The position numbers were made by a program, and so were the translations under genes. A stretch of 64,000 nt of DNA from Psammoneis japonica (taxonomy: Eukaryota). Of this stretch, positions 1 to 10,800 are shown one piece after another (position 1 is the stretch's first letter; each line of letters starts with the position of its first letter). Under the pieces are notes generated by a model. The model saw only the letters and a list, made by a program, of their open reading frames with translations. It made no database searches and was not told where the DNA came from. The DNA lies in assembly GCA_008632985.1 (NCBI GenBank), contig QPGO01000067.1:196142-260141 (forward strand), written 5' to 3'.

Positions 1-37
1 CAAGTTTTTGGAACTTTCAACAAGAACAAAAGGTGAT

Positions 38-38
38 T

Positions 39-69
<31 letters not shown>

Positions 70-76
70 GGGGGGG
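38..76. repeat. (GT)n microsatellite followed by a poly-G run
   Basis: tgtgtgtgtgtgtgt followed by more than 20 G. Confidence 0.9.
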
Positions 77-329
77 ACAGGTGGCGATGTGAAACAAGTG
101 CAAAAGAACACACAAGCAGGACTTTGGCAGTGCCTCTGGGGCTTGTGCAGTGCCATTCCTTTTCTGTCAGAAGGTCCAGCCAGAGGGTGCCAGCACTGGG
201 CCAAGATGACAACTTTGCAGCTTTGATGAAGTTTGCTTGCCTGGGGATGTGTTTGCAGTTTGCTGGCCTGGGGATGTGTTTGTGAGGCTGACTCAGCAGC
301 AGCTCACAGAACAAGAAGAGTTGACAAGC

Positions 330-880
330 TGTGCTGCAGCACACAATGCAGAAGTTGTCAGATGTCTGCCAAGTCTTGTTCATTTTGTTTCTCTTGTGCA
401 CCACAAAGGTCGGGCAGACACAGCACCACATCAAAAAGGTTTGTGAGGGGAAAATGTTTTTGAGGACAGCAGATCACTTTGACAAGCATGCTTTGACCCA
501 TGTGCACCTCTCTGTGCTTGTGCTCAGGAAGGGATGCTGCAGAAGTGGAAGAATCACCAAAAGATGGGCACAAAAACATTGGGCGTTTGTTGTTTGAACT
601 GATTTTTCCTGTGAAAGAGCCCTGGAACTTTGAAGAAAGGTGGCTCTGCTTGGTGGCAGCTGGCATGCTGTGTGTTGCCCCAGCCTTTTTTTGCTGCCAA
701 AGCTGCGTGGCACTCACAACCTGCCCATGGACTTGCCTTGTCACCAGGCCCACCCACATTGCACACTGGCTGCAACTGCCACATTTTGTCACACACCCAG
801 CAACAGGGGGGAGCTTTTGTTTTGGAGAGGTGGGATCAACCAAGAAATTTTGAATGGATTTGCAAGAACAAGCACCCCAT
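330..880 (+). repeat. Copy 1 of a diverged internal duplication of a decayed coding sequence (copy 2 at ~3170-3720)
   Basis: Shared ccacaaaggtc..agacacagcaccacatcaaaaa, tttttcctg..aaagagc..tgga and gctgtgt..ttttt.gctgc. Peptides VVRCLPSLVHFVSLVHHKG vs VVGHPPRFAQCFVPLVCHKG. Confidence 0.75.
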
Positions 881-1399
881 TCTGAGCAACAAATTGTGGT
901 GCAAATGGATCACAAGAATTTTGCATCAGGAAATTGAGAAAGAATTTTTTTGCTGCAGGAGTGCACAAGGAGCACACAGAAAAGTCAAACCCGTGGGTGG
1001 GACCCTGGCCTTTCTTGTCGTTGAACTTTCCAGTGGCGTTCATTGCATGGAGCAAGTGTTTTGAGACTGCTTTTCATCATTGGCTGGATTTGCCAATTGC
1101 TCTTCCTTTTTGAATGACTTTGTTGTCCGTCATTGCATGCCATCTTTTGTGGCAGTCTTCTTGGTGCACTGTCTTTGTGGCAATGAATGACAGGCATCAC
1201 ATGTGGTGCTGCACCAACACCAGCTGGCTAGAGTTTGATGTGTTCCAGTCCTCATGGTGCATGTGGGTGTGCACTGGACAAAAAGCACTTTGAGACTGTC
1301 TCTGCCAAAGACAAACCAATGGGACACTTCTTCATTTTTTTGCAGCAACACAGCAAAGCCCCTGAAACTGTGGCATTGTGCCATTCCACAAGAACCATT

Positions 1400-2140
1400 T
1401 CATGCAACTGTTGGTGAAACATTTTGGAATGGACTTCAATCCTGGAGCAGATGGTTCTTCTCCATCACATTCAGCATCAATTGGTGGGAAATTGTTCTTC
1501 ACAGCAACTCAAAACCATGCAAAAGGGCTGTGGCTGGGTTGTGGTCCACTCAGTGACAACTCAAAAATGGCCACATGTGCGCGTCAATTCAGGAATGGTG
1601 TGTGATTTCCGGTCAAGTGAAACAAATGGAAAAGTGCACTTCACAGCTCTTGATGAAACACACAGGTGCTTGCTTTGGGTTTGTGATCCAGTCAATGACC
1701 ATTTGAGAATGTTTGAGGATGGCAATCCAGGAGGATGGCCTTGTCATTGGGGCAACTGGGAAGCAATGGATAGAAAACTGTGCTTCTTGTGGGTGATTTG
1801 GATCATGTGAATGATTTGACAAATGGTTTTGTGCCAATGAATGGAAAGCCATTGTGCATTTTGTCTGATGAGGTTTCTGTGAATGATCTTCTCAGCAGCA
1901 AAACAGAACATGTCACATCAACCCAGCAAAACAGAAAGTGCAGCATGTTTTGAGAAACAGAGGGAGGTTCTGGACCTTGCTCTTTTACACCAATGGAAGG
2001 GGTTCATTTGAGCTGAAGGCATGGGATGACATTGATGTTGATGGTGCATTTGTGACAGCATTGACAACTGTCCATCAGCTCTGAATGCTGATCAGGCCAA
2101 TGGCAATGGGGGTGGTGTTGGAGATGCTTGTGACAAGGGC
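1400..2140 (+). pseudogene. Decayed ELWxxDGT-like beta-propeller repeat protein with a thrombospondin type-3 repeat
   Basis: DFNPGADGSSPSHSASIGGKLFFTAT and ETNGKVHFTALDETHRCLLWVCDP resemble ELWxxDGT repeats (DINPG..SSP....IGG.LFF.A; NG.LYF.A.D...G.ELW). Positions 2051-2134 read CDSIDNCPSALNADQANGNGGGVGDACD, a TSP3 repeat. Frameshifts and stops throughout. Confidence 0.7.
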
Positions 2141-3169
2141 AGCTGGCCATTAAAAGCATGAGGGCCCATGGGCAAGGTGATGATTTGCTCATCTTTGACA
2201 GACAATGGGGCAGATTTGGAGCATTGCCATCCATCCTTGTGGGTGAGAGCAGCTGGCAGCACAAGCAAAGAACTTGTGCTCAAGATTTGGGCAGAGGACA
2301 ACTGCATGGACCATGCAAACAATGTGCACAAGCCAGAGTTGGCATGCAGCAGGAAATTTGTTGCCACTTCATTTGACAATGCTGCAAATGATGCAAAAGG
2401 ATGTCCAATGTGTTTGTTTGTCATGCTTTTGCCAACCCCTTCATGTTCCACCATCTCTGCTGGACCTGCATCAGACTCTGCTGCAGTGACAAATCAGCCA
2501 CAGCAGCAAGCCATTTTCATTCCTTGTGAAGCCTCTGTGCTGAACTGCCCAAACAACCTGCCTGCATTGTGTCACAGTTGGGGCTGGGTCCATGTCATCT
2601 TCAGCTGACACACATGTGCTCTGCTGTCAGCCTCACATGTTGGTGTGTGAGAGCACATGCCATCATCTCATTCATGTGAGGTGCTGCAAACATGGGGTTG
2701 CAACCCCAAGCAGCGCTGTGAGCTAACTCAACTCTCAGTCAGCACTGGCTGTTGTCTAAAGAGCCACAAGGTTCAAGAGACAGCCGCGGCAGCTCTCCAA
2801 CATGCCATGTGATGCTCTGCACCGACTCACATGAATGAGAGCACAAAAAGATGTGCAGCAGATGTGCACAGCATGGGTCACAATTCTTTGTCAGCACTCT
2901 CTTTTGTGAGAGGTCTCTCCACATCCAATGACCTCCTTTTTTGATCTTTTGCACTGTTTGTGCTGGGCTGCTCAGATGCATCAAACACAAGCTGCTTTTT
3001 CTGTCCAGATCATTGCAGCATGTCCCAGCTCTGACAAAGCAAGTGCATTCACATGAACTCACCACATGTTTCAGGTCTGAAACAGAGAAAAAATTTGATT
3101 GTGCTGTTGTCTCATGCTGTTGCCCATGCCACCAGTGTGTGGCTGCTTCACATGAAATGCACTGCCATT

Positions 3170-3720
3170 GCTCCATGCTGCTGTTGCACACAACCAAGGT
3201 TGTTGGACACCCACCAAGGTTTGCTCAATGTTTTGTGCCACTTGTGTGCCACAAAGGTCAGACACAGCACCACATCAAAAAAGTTTGAGAGAGGGCACAA
3301 ACAAAACTTTGAGAATGACAATGACGCCATGAACACTGAGGAGAGCTGCTTCTTTGACCCAGGTGCATGCACCTGCCACAGGACCACATGAAGATTGGTG
3401 TTGGGCATTGAGCATTTGTTGCTTCAGCACAACTTTTCCTGAAAGAGCCTGGATTTTTGAAAAAAAGGGTGTGTGGCCCACTCTGCTTGCTGGGGGCAGT
3501 GCTGTGTTGCCCCCCATGCATTTTTGCTGCTGCCAGCACTGCACAGCAATGGCGTTTGTCTTGCTGCCAGGCCAAACCATGTCATGCACTGGCAAAAAAT
3601 GCTGGCACATCAAGGACGGTGCTCTTTTTGCAACCTTTTGTTTTGCCACTGCTTGAATTTGAGTGTGAAGCCAGCGGCTGCACAGTCAAAAAGACAGCAT
3701 TTTCACCAAATTCTTCTGCA
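3170..3720 (+). repeat. Copy 2 of the diverged internal duplication (paralog of ~330-880)
   Basis: Alignable by eye to 330-880; see copy 1. Confidence 0.7.
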
Positions 3721-4246
3721 AGAAATGTCAATGCCTGAAAACAAAAGTTGGAGTTTGCATGTTGAGAAAGCAGATGACGAGCCCAATGATGCAATCTTGA
3801 GTGCCATTTGAGCAGCCAGAGTGAGATGGACATTTTTGTGAAAATTTGAAGCAAGGTTTTTGACAAAGCAACACACAGGGTTTGTTGTGGACACAACAAC
3901 TTGGATTGACAAACAGAAATGTGGGACTTGTGTGAATTTGAGGAACATGCTTTTCAAAACGATTTTTTTTTTTCTTTCATCACACGTCTCTAGCTAGCTA
4001 GAGTAGAGAGGCAGCTGCAGAATGATCAGGCACCACCCCTGTGGGCATGAAGCAGATCAGATGCCATTCTTTTTGATGTTTTTGAGGTGAGGTTAGATTC
4101 GGTGCAGCGCAGCAGCAGTTCGGGTCGCTTTGAGCGTGTGCGACGAGCGCGTGGTGCCGTTGCGTTGCGTGATTTTGAATTTGCTTCGTCCGCCCGCCCG
4201 TCGAACGAACGACGCAGCAAAAAACAGGGTGAAGTTCGAGTCAACA

Positions 4247-5974
4247 ATGATGATGGAGGAGGAGACGGACTCCGAGTATGAGGTCGACATAAGTCGAGAT
4301 AGCGATGGTGATGACGACGATGATAGTGCAGTAAGTTGGGATAGAGTTGATGAAGACGAGGACGCCGAGATGGAGAGTGAAGACGAAGAACGCAGAATCA
4401 GGATACTTCGAGAGTACAACGATGAGGCGAGCGTGTCTGAAGACGATGCTTCATTCATGTCTGCAGAGTCCTTAGAGCGCACCGATCGAAAAGGAAAAAC
4501 GAAGCTCCATCATTTGATTGATATGGAAATGTATGAAGCTGCAATTCAACAGCTGAAGTTGGATCCATCGGATGCAAGCGTTCAGGATAGCGAAGGATGG
4601 ACGCCTCTCCACATTCTCGTACAGCAGGATTTTCCTGATGGGGATCTTGACGATCTGAAGAACAGTCCTTTTGTTTCACTGTTTCATGAGCTGCTACGCG
4701 CATTTCCCGACGCAGCCGTAACGCGTGATGCTCTCAGAAACACACCGCTTCATCAGCTCGTTGGATCCGATACGAGTAATCTACTTATATGGGTATCCTT
4801 AGAACTCTTGAGAGCTCTTGTTCAGTGTAACCCGAAAGCTCTCTCCATGGCGTCTCTTGATAATATGTTGCCACTACACGTGGCAATGTACTCTTCTGGA
4901 CAAGGTGATGAGGACGATCCAAGCACTCCGCCGATTCAGCAGATGGTTATTGAGACCCTCCTAGACGCTCATGAACCCGCTGCAAGCTCACCCGACAGCA
5001 GTGGAATGTACCCTCTACATCATTTATGTAGGCATTGTTCAATGAGGATGAATGTAGCTGTCTTTGAAAGGCTGATGGAAGCATTTCCAGATGCAGTAAG
5101 GCTCAAGGATGAATGTGGCCGATCTCCGCTTCACCACTACATGCGCAATTTAGCAGACTCGGAAATTGTGGTTTCATCCTGTCTCCGGACATTCGAAATC
5201 CTCCTGAAGGCGAATCCTGCAGCGCTCTGTGCACCAAACGCATACGGGGACAGGCCTCTTGACGATTTCTTCCACGCGTGTTTCCCGTACATGATATATT
5301 CTCGGGTTCCTCCTATTGAGGATTCCCCCGACTTCGAACAGTACTCATTGCAACATGAAGAAGATGAAGCTTTCTGGTCACTAGTTCACATGGTTCTCGA
5401 AACTGCGCATTACAACTTGAAAGATGCCAAATCAGAATTGTCCTTTTCGAACCGAGAAGACTGGCTAGTGATCCATTGCGCAACGGCTGTTGGTTGCCCA
5501 ACCCGCTGGATAGAACGATTCATCGAGATGCACCCTCACCAGCTCATGGAAAAAGACAGAGACGGTAATCTTCCTTTGATGATTGCAGCCAGCACATCGG
5601 ACTGCGCTGGATCTACAGATGAGGACGGTGAGAACCATACCTGGGCCAATGGTCGGGTGGTGCTTCATACGTTGCTTGAAGCGAATCCCGAGGCTGCAAG
5701 GGTACCAAATCGACAGGGTAGACTACCCCTCCATGTCGCATTGGAGAATGCACGAGTAGATGATCGCGGAATAGTCTCTCTCATTCAGGCAGCTCCCCAG
5801 GCGTTGTCGACAAGAGACGTAAAGACACGCATGTATCCCGCGTTGTTGGCTGCGACCTGTCGCAAGAATCCAGGGGGGGAATCAGTGGAACCTGCCCACG
5901 AAGCAGCCAGCAAGCTAGGAGTTTGTTTCGAGTTGCTTCGCGAATACCCTGCAATCATTTCTCTTGCTTCTTGA
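4247..5974 (+). CDS. Ankyrin-repeat protein with acidic N-terminus
   Basis: Repeated GWTPLH/NTPLH/MLPLH/GMYPLH/GRSPLH/GNLPL/GRLPLH motifs. First ATG run in the ORF is at 4247. Confidence 0.85.
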   Translation: MMMEEETDSEYEVDISRDSDGDDDDDSAVSWDRVDEDEDAEMESEDEERRIRILREYNDEASVSEDDASFMSAESLERTDRKGKTKLHHLIDMEMYEAAIQQLKLDPSDASVQDSEGWTPLHILVQQDFPDGDLDDLKNSPFVSLFHELLRAFPDAAVTRDALRNTPLHQLVGSDTSNLLIWVSLELLRALVQCNPKALSMASLDNMLPLHVAMYSSGQGDEDDPSTPPIQQMVIETLLDAHEPAASSPDSSGMYPLHHLCRHCSMRMNVAVFERLMEAFPDAVRLKDECGRSPLHHYMRNLADSEIVVSSCLRTFEILLKANPAALCAPNAYGDRPLDDFFHACFPYMIYSRVPPIEDSPDFEQYSLQHEEDEAFWSLVHMVLETAHYNLKDAKSELSFSNREDWLVIHCATAVGCPTRWIERFIEMHPHQLMEKDRDGNLPLMIAASTSDCAGSTDEDGENHTWANGRVVLHTLLEANPEAARVPNRQGRLPLHVALENARVDDRGIVSLIQAAPQALSTRDVKTRMYPALLAATCRKNPGGESVEPAHEAASKLGVCFELLREYPAIISLAS

Positions 5975-6095
5975 CCGCGATTTTCGCGAATAAAAGATGC
6001 AGAGTAGTGGCGGAAACGCAACCTTGTATCAAAAGTTGCCTACTGGTATTTAATTAGTTTCTACTTTTTTCACTCCGCTTGCCATCCAAGTTTGT

Positions 6096-7229
6096 TTAGG
6101 AGAAGCCGCTCATGTCGGCAAACATAAACTTCTTTGCTTCGTCTTTGTGCTTGAGGCCGCTGATGGTCGCCATGTCTTCATCCGATAATTCAAAATCGTA
6201 CACAGCCAAATTCTGACGCATGTGCTTTGGGTTTCCCGTTCCCGGAATCACCGCCGCACCAAGCTGCAAAGCCCATCGTAACATGACCTGGGCAACCCTC
6301 ACATTGTACTTATCAGCCAGAGACTGCAACGTTTCTACCGTTTTCGCCTTGTCGTGCTGAAGTCCACCGAGAGGCGAGTAAGCCGTAATGGTAATTCCGT
6401 GTTTCATACAATAGTCAAAGGTCTCCTGAACTTTCGGTGGCACAAAGGGACTAAATTGGATTTGGTTGTTCGCAATTGGAGCCAAACCAATATCTTCGAT
6501 GTCTTTTATATGCTTGACGGAAAAGTTTGAGACGCCTACACTGCGCATCACTCCCTTTTCTCGAAGCTCCGAGAGCGCCTTCCAGGTTTCCTTCCGGCAA
6601 TCCGATGCATCAACACCGGCCTTGGTACAGTCGTTACCAATCATGGGAAAGGCGCTCGGGCTGTGCATAAGCACCAAATCAATGTAATCTAGTCCTAGCT
6701 CATCCAGAAACTTTGGCACTGTCTCCATGGTTTTGTTGTAACCAAACTCCGTCGGGAAAATCTTGGAGGTCACAAAGATCTCCTCCCGTGGCACGCCGCG
6801 ACTGATTGCATCCTGAATGCCCAAGCCGACCGCCCGGTGGTTCAAATACAAATGAGCACCATCAATGTGACGACCACCCATTAGCAAATACCAAAGAATC
6901 GTTCGTCTCACCAAGACATCATCGTAGGCAGTCGGGCGGCAGCACATGCCGAGACCAACAGCAGGCATTTTGAAACCGCCAGGCAAGTCACGAAACTGCT
7001 CCTTTGAAGGACGCGGTTCCATGGCCTGCGAGTCTGGAACAGGTGGAGTCCCTTTCATTTTGCCATGACCAACAACAGTTGGAGGCAATTTTCCCTTGAG
7101 GAGAGGAATCACCGTGGCGAAGAACACACCGAGAGGTAACTCATGCTTGGCAAACCAGCCGATAGTAACAGCCAACAAAATGAGAATCGCGGGCAAGACG
7201 CGACGACACAAAATTCCAAAAAAGTCCAT
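6096..7229 (-). CDS. Aldo/keto reductase with N-terminal hydrophobic anchor
   Basis: MPAVGLG, GGRHIDGAHLYLN, REEIFVTSK, LGLDYIDLVLMHSP, RSVGVSNF, TAYSPLG, AQVMLRWALQ..AAVIP motifs. Likely start MDFFGILC at 7229. Confidence 0.9.
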   Translation of the reverse strand: MDFFGILCRRVLPAILILLAVTIGWFAKHELPLGVFFATVIPLLKGKLPPTVVGHGKMKGTPPVPDSQAMEPRPSKEQFRDLPGGFKMPAVGLGMCCRPTAYDDVLVRRTILWYLLMGGRHIDGAHLYLNHRAVGLGIQDAISRGVPREEIFVTSKIFPTEFGYNKTMETVPKFLDELGLDYIDLVLMHSPSAFPMIGNDCTKAGVDASDCRKETWKALSELREKGVMRSVGVSNFSVKHIKDIEDIGLAPIANNQIQFSPFVPPKVQETFDYCMKHGITITAYSPLGGLQHDKAKTVETLQSLADKYNVRVAQVMLRWALQLGAAVIPGTGNPKHMRQNLAVYDFELSDEDMATISGLKHKDEAKKFMFADMSGFS

Positions 7230-7895
7230 GACAAAGAAAGAACTAAAGAAGTACAGGTATACAGGAAGGATGGGAGATTGACGCCCAAAGAAGACGCGAT
7301 TGAAGCCAGATACAGTAGAAGAAAGAGAAAATAATGAGAATGTGAGTACCTTACCGCCAGAGATCGCATGGTGGGGCTTCATCGACTTCATTCTTGTTCG
7401 TTCATTGGCCTCCAATCGATTCATTCGATTCGATTGAAAAAGATACTTTGTGAAGCTCAATCGCCTAACACGAATATTTGGAAGTACTGTAAAAACGATA
7501 CTGCACAGGCTCTGCACCTGCCGATTCACATGGCGTTATATTTTTATATATGAAAATTAAGATTCAATTCGAAATTTCATATCATTCAGTATAGATGGAA
7601 GAGACCACATTATTATTAAAAATTTGTATATTATATATTGTGAGTACGACCCACAGAAATTGCCGTACTGTTACACAAGACTGCCACGTCATCAAGCAAT
7701 TTCGCATCGCGTTGATCGCGAAGAAAAAAACCAAAAAAAAAAAAATAATAGAGTCTGCGTTTGTTCGACGGCAACGAACTGCAACCAATCACATTTGCCA
7801 TTCCGCGCACCTTTTCTTCAAATAGTATATGCTAAGGTGACCTTCGAATTGATCCAGAGTTAGGACGTCAATGTCATTAGTTAAGAATTGAGAAA

Positions 7896-10800
7896 ATGGC
7901 ACGTCCACAAGAAAGCAAGAGATACAATTCAACATCATGTTTGGTCGTCTGTGCTCTGTGCCTTTTGTTTTTGCCAGCGTTGAATGCAGATCATAATAAG
8001 GTGGAGATACCCTCGGCTACGAGCATAAGATCAACGGCATCTTTACCGTCAAGCAGTGTGTTCAGATTTAAGAATGCAGATAAATCAGTTTCCCTACAGC
8101 GCACGTTGGTGGGAACTCTCTCCCGAACGATTGCAAAGAGACTGCTGCTCGTTCGCAATTTCAACGAGAGCAATCCTGGGACGCTTTCACTACGTCGTCA
8201 CTTGGCGATTGGTGACTTTGAAGAAATCAATGCTCTTGTCAAGGACGTTGAGCTTGAACTGCCCGATAACAACCCTTCGGAAGATCTCTCGCTCACAAAT
8301 CTTGTTTGTAGCGACTTTAACATTGGTGACATTTTGGTGTCGTATCAGCGAACCTCAGTTCAACGTCTCGCCATGGAATTGAACGTGACTGCCTTTGATA
8401 TGACTTGTAACATGGACTACAACTATGGGAGTTGGCCGTTTTCAACTTCTGGTAACTTGAACGCAATCGGCTTGGATAACAACGTCTCGCTTACGCTTGG
8501 GTTAACGTCGCCGTTCAGTTTTCAAACAAATCCACCGACTAACGCGACCCTCGATAATTGCTTTTCTGAAATCAATATCGATGATATCCAGTTCTCGGGT
8601 GGAATTATTGCTGGTATTTTGAATATATTTTCAGGCTTGGTCAGCGCTGTTGTGGAGACTGAGTTTGCTGATGTGGTTTGTTCAGAAGGGTCTACTGCCG
8701 CGAAGGACCTCGCATCCGACCTTATGCAATCCGCAAATGAGTTTCTGCAAGAATTTCAAGGAGCTTCCGTGAGTAATCCCTTGCTTCCGGAGACCTCGTT
8801 GCTGCAGGCACCACCCAGCAATACTTCCTTGATGGATCTGCAAGACAAGGATGGCTTTTTTGGGATCGCCCTACAGATGCTTCGTAATGAAATCTACTCC
8901 CGCTTCGGCGTAGAAGTGGATGACCCGAATGGACCCAAATTAACTGGCCGAGATTTAGGAGCGAACGCATTCTTGCGAAAGGAGGTGTTGGATCAAGATC
9001 GTGCCCTTGTACTCGAGATGAACCAGACTGTCCTCGACAGCCATGACAACCTAACGCACACTACCTTGGAGATTGAATCGGTGCGCCTTTTCGGGCTTGA
9101 CACCTTGACCCTATTTAAGCCACTGGCGAGTATCGGAAACTACACCTTGGCGAATGATTTGGCTTTTGAATTTTTGACGGCGGAATTGGACGTGAAGCTC
9201 ACGATCCGTCCCTCAACTCTTCCGGACTCGAGCTTTCAGCAGTCAAACGCAAACGCGGAAGACATCGTCGAGACCATCAAGGTCGATTTTGGACTTGATG
9301 CGATTGATGCGCGTATTTCGGCGCTTTTAGCAATCGATGAAGACTCCTTGGGCGACACGCCACTTGGGGCGATCCTAAACACGAACTCAAGCGGGCTATT
9401 GCCGTGTTTGCTGTCCACGCTTCATCAAGTACAACTTTCGGAGCTCAAAGTATCTGTTGCGGGAATTCGTGCGCCAAGCTTGAATGGCGATGAATCGTCA
9501 TCAGGCATTGTTCGCATTTTGTCTTCTTTAATTGACGCATTGTTCTCCGTGTATGAGCCTACGGTCTTCGACGTGTTACCAAACCTTCTCGGGATCGAGG
9601 GTTTGGACCTTATCAACAACGACTTCATTAAGAGCTATTTTGATGATCCCGTCAACACTGTCTGTGCTGAACCTCAAGCTGAATCGGGAGCCCTTGACTC
9701 TCTTTATATCCGTGATTTGAAGAACATTTTTCAAACCGCAAATGAGCTTCTGGAAGAATATCTAGGAGAAGATGTTTCCACACGTGATCCATTGCTCCCC
9801 GAGACCACACTGTTGGCTGCTCCGCCCTTCAATGTATCGTTGATGGATTTTCAATCGTCGAAGGGCTTATTTGGGATGGCCTTTCAGATGCTTCGTGATC
9901 AAATCTCCACTTTCAATGAAGAAGTGGATGATCCAGATGGACCCAGAGAAAATGGCCGAGATCTTCGAGCGAACGTATTCTTGCGAAGCGAAGTGTTGGA
10001 TCAAGATCGTGCCCTTGCTCTCAAATTGGGGATGGTCCTCTTGGAGAGTCATGACAACCTGTCGCACACTACAATGGAGGTTGTATCGGTGCGCCTTCTC
10101 GGGCTTGACACATTTACCAAGTTTAACCCACTAACGGTTATCGGAAACTACACCTTGGCGAATGACTTGGCTTTGGATTTTTTGACGGCCGAATTGGAGC
10201 TGAGGCGTACTACTCGTCCCTCGACTCTTCCAGAAACGATGGTTAAGCAATCAGATGCGGAAGTCACGGTTGAGACCGTCAAGGTCGAATTTGGGCTTAC
10301 TGACCTCGATGCACTTTTTTCGGTGCTGTTGGCAATTGATGAAGACTCCTTGGGCGACACGCCTATTGGGGTGATCCTGAACACAAACTCAAGCGGGTTA
10401 TTGCCGTGCTTGTTGTCCACTCTTCATCAGCTAGAGCTGTCGGAGCTGAACGTATCTGTTGCGGAACTTCGTGCGCCAAGCATAGACGACGAGATGTTGC
10501 CGGAAGACGTTTTAAATCTTCTGTCCTCTTTCGTTGATGAACTTTTCTCCGTTTACAACACGACTGTCTCCGACGCCTTACCAAACTTGATCGGGACCGC
10601 GGGTGTGGACCTTGTTAACAATGATTTCCTCAAGAGCTATGTCGACGATCCCGTCAACACGATCTGCGCTGAACCTCCAGCTGAATCAGGCGCCCTCGAC
10701 TCTCTGTATATTCGTGATGTGGCGAACATTTTTCACACGGTAAATGAGTTTCTGCAAGAATACATCGGGAAGGTTCCCACGCGGGATCCCTTGCTCCCGG

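Larger units (their letters stand above)
1..3985. other. TpA/CpG-depleted, CA/TG-rich hypermutated block A containing decayed gene fragments
   Basis: Manual scan finds about 6 TA and about 21 CG in 3960 bp. ORFs in all frames are rich in Cys, His and Gln and almost lack Tyr. TA resumes abruptly at ~3990 (ctctagctagctagagtag). Confidence 0.9.

Noticed and set aside
8..3957. Dozens of overlapping Cys/His-rich ORFs, here and in blocks B-E, as metal-binding or novel small proteins
   Set aside because: They arise because TAA/TAG stops and Tyr codons were erased and CA/TG enriched. They occur in all six frames with no coherent domain.
1..3985. Classical fungal RIP or simple CpG methylation decay as the full explanation
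   Set aside because: RIP increases TpA and consumes CpA, the reverse of what is seen. CpG decay does not remove TpA, and the CRE relic loses TA while keeping CG.
7230..7529. 100-aa N-terminal extension of the aldo-keto reductase ORF
   Set aside because: It reads like 5' UTR or promoter sequence. MDFFGILC at 7229 gives a plausible anchor-bearing start.
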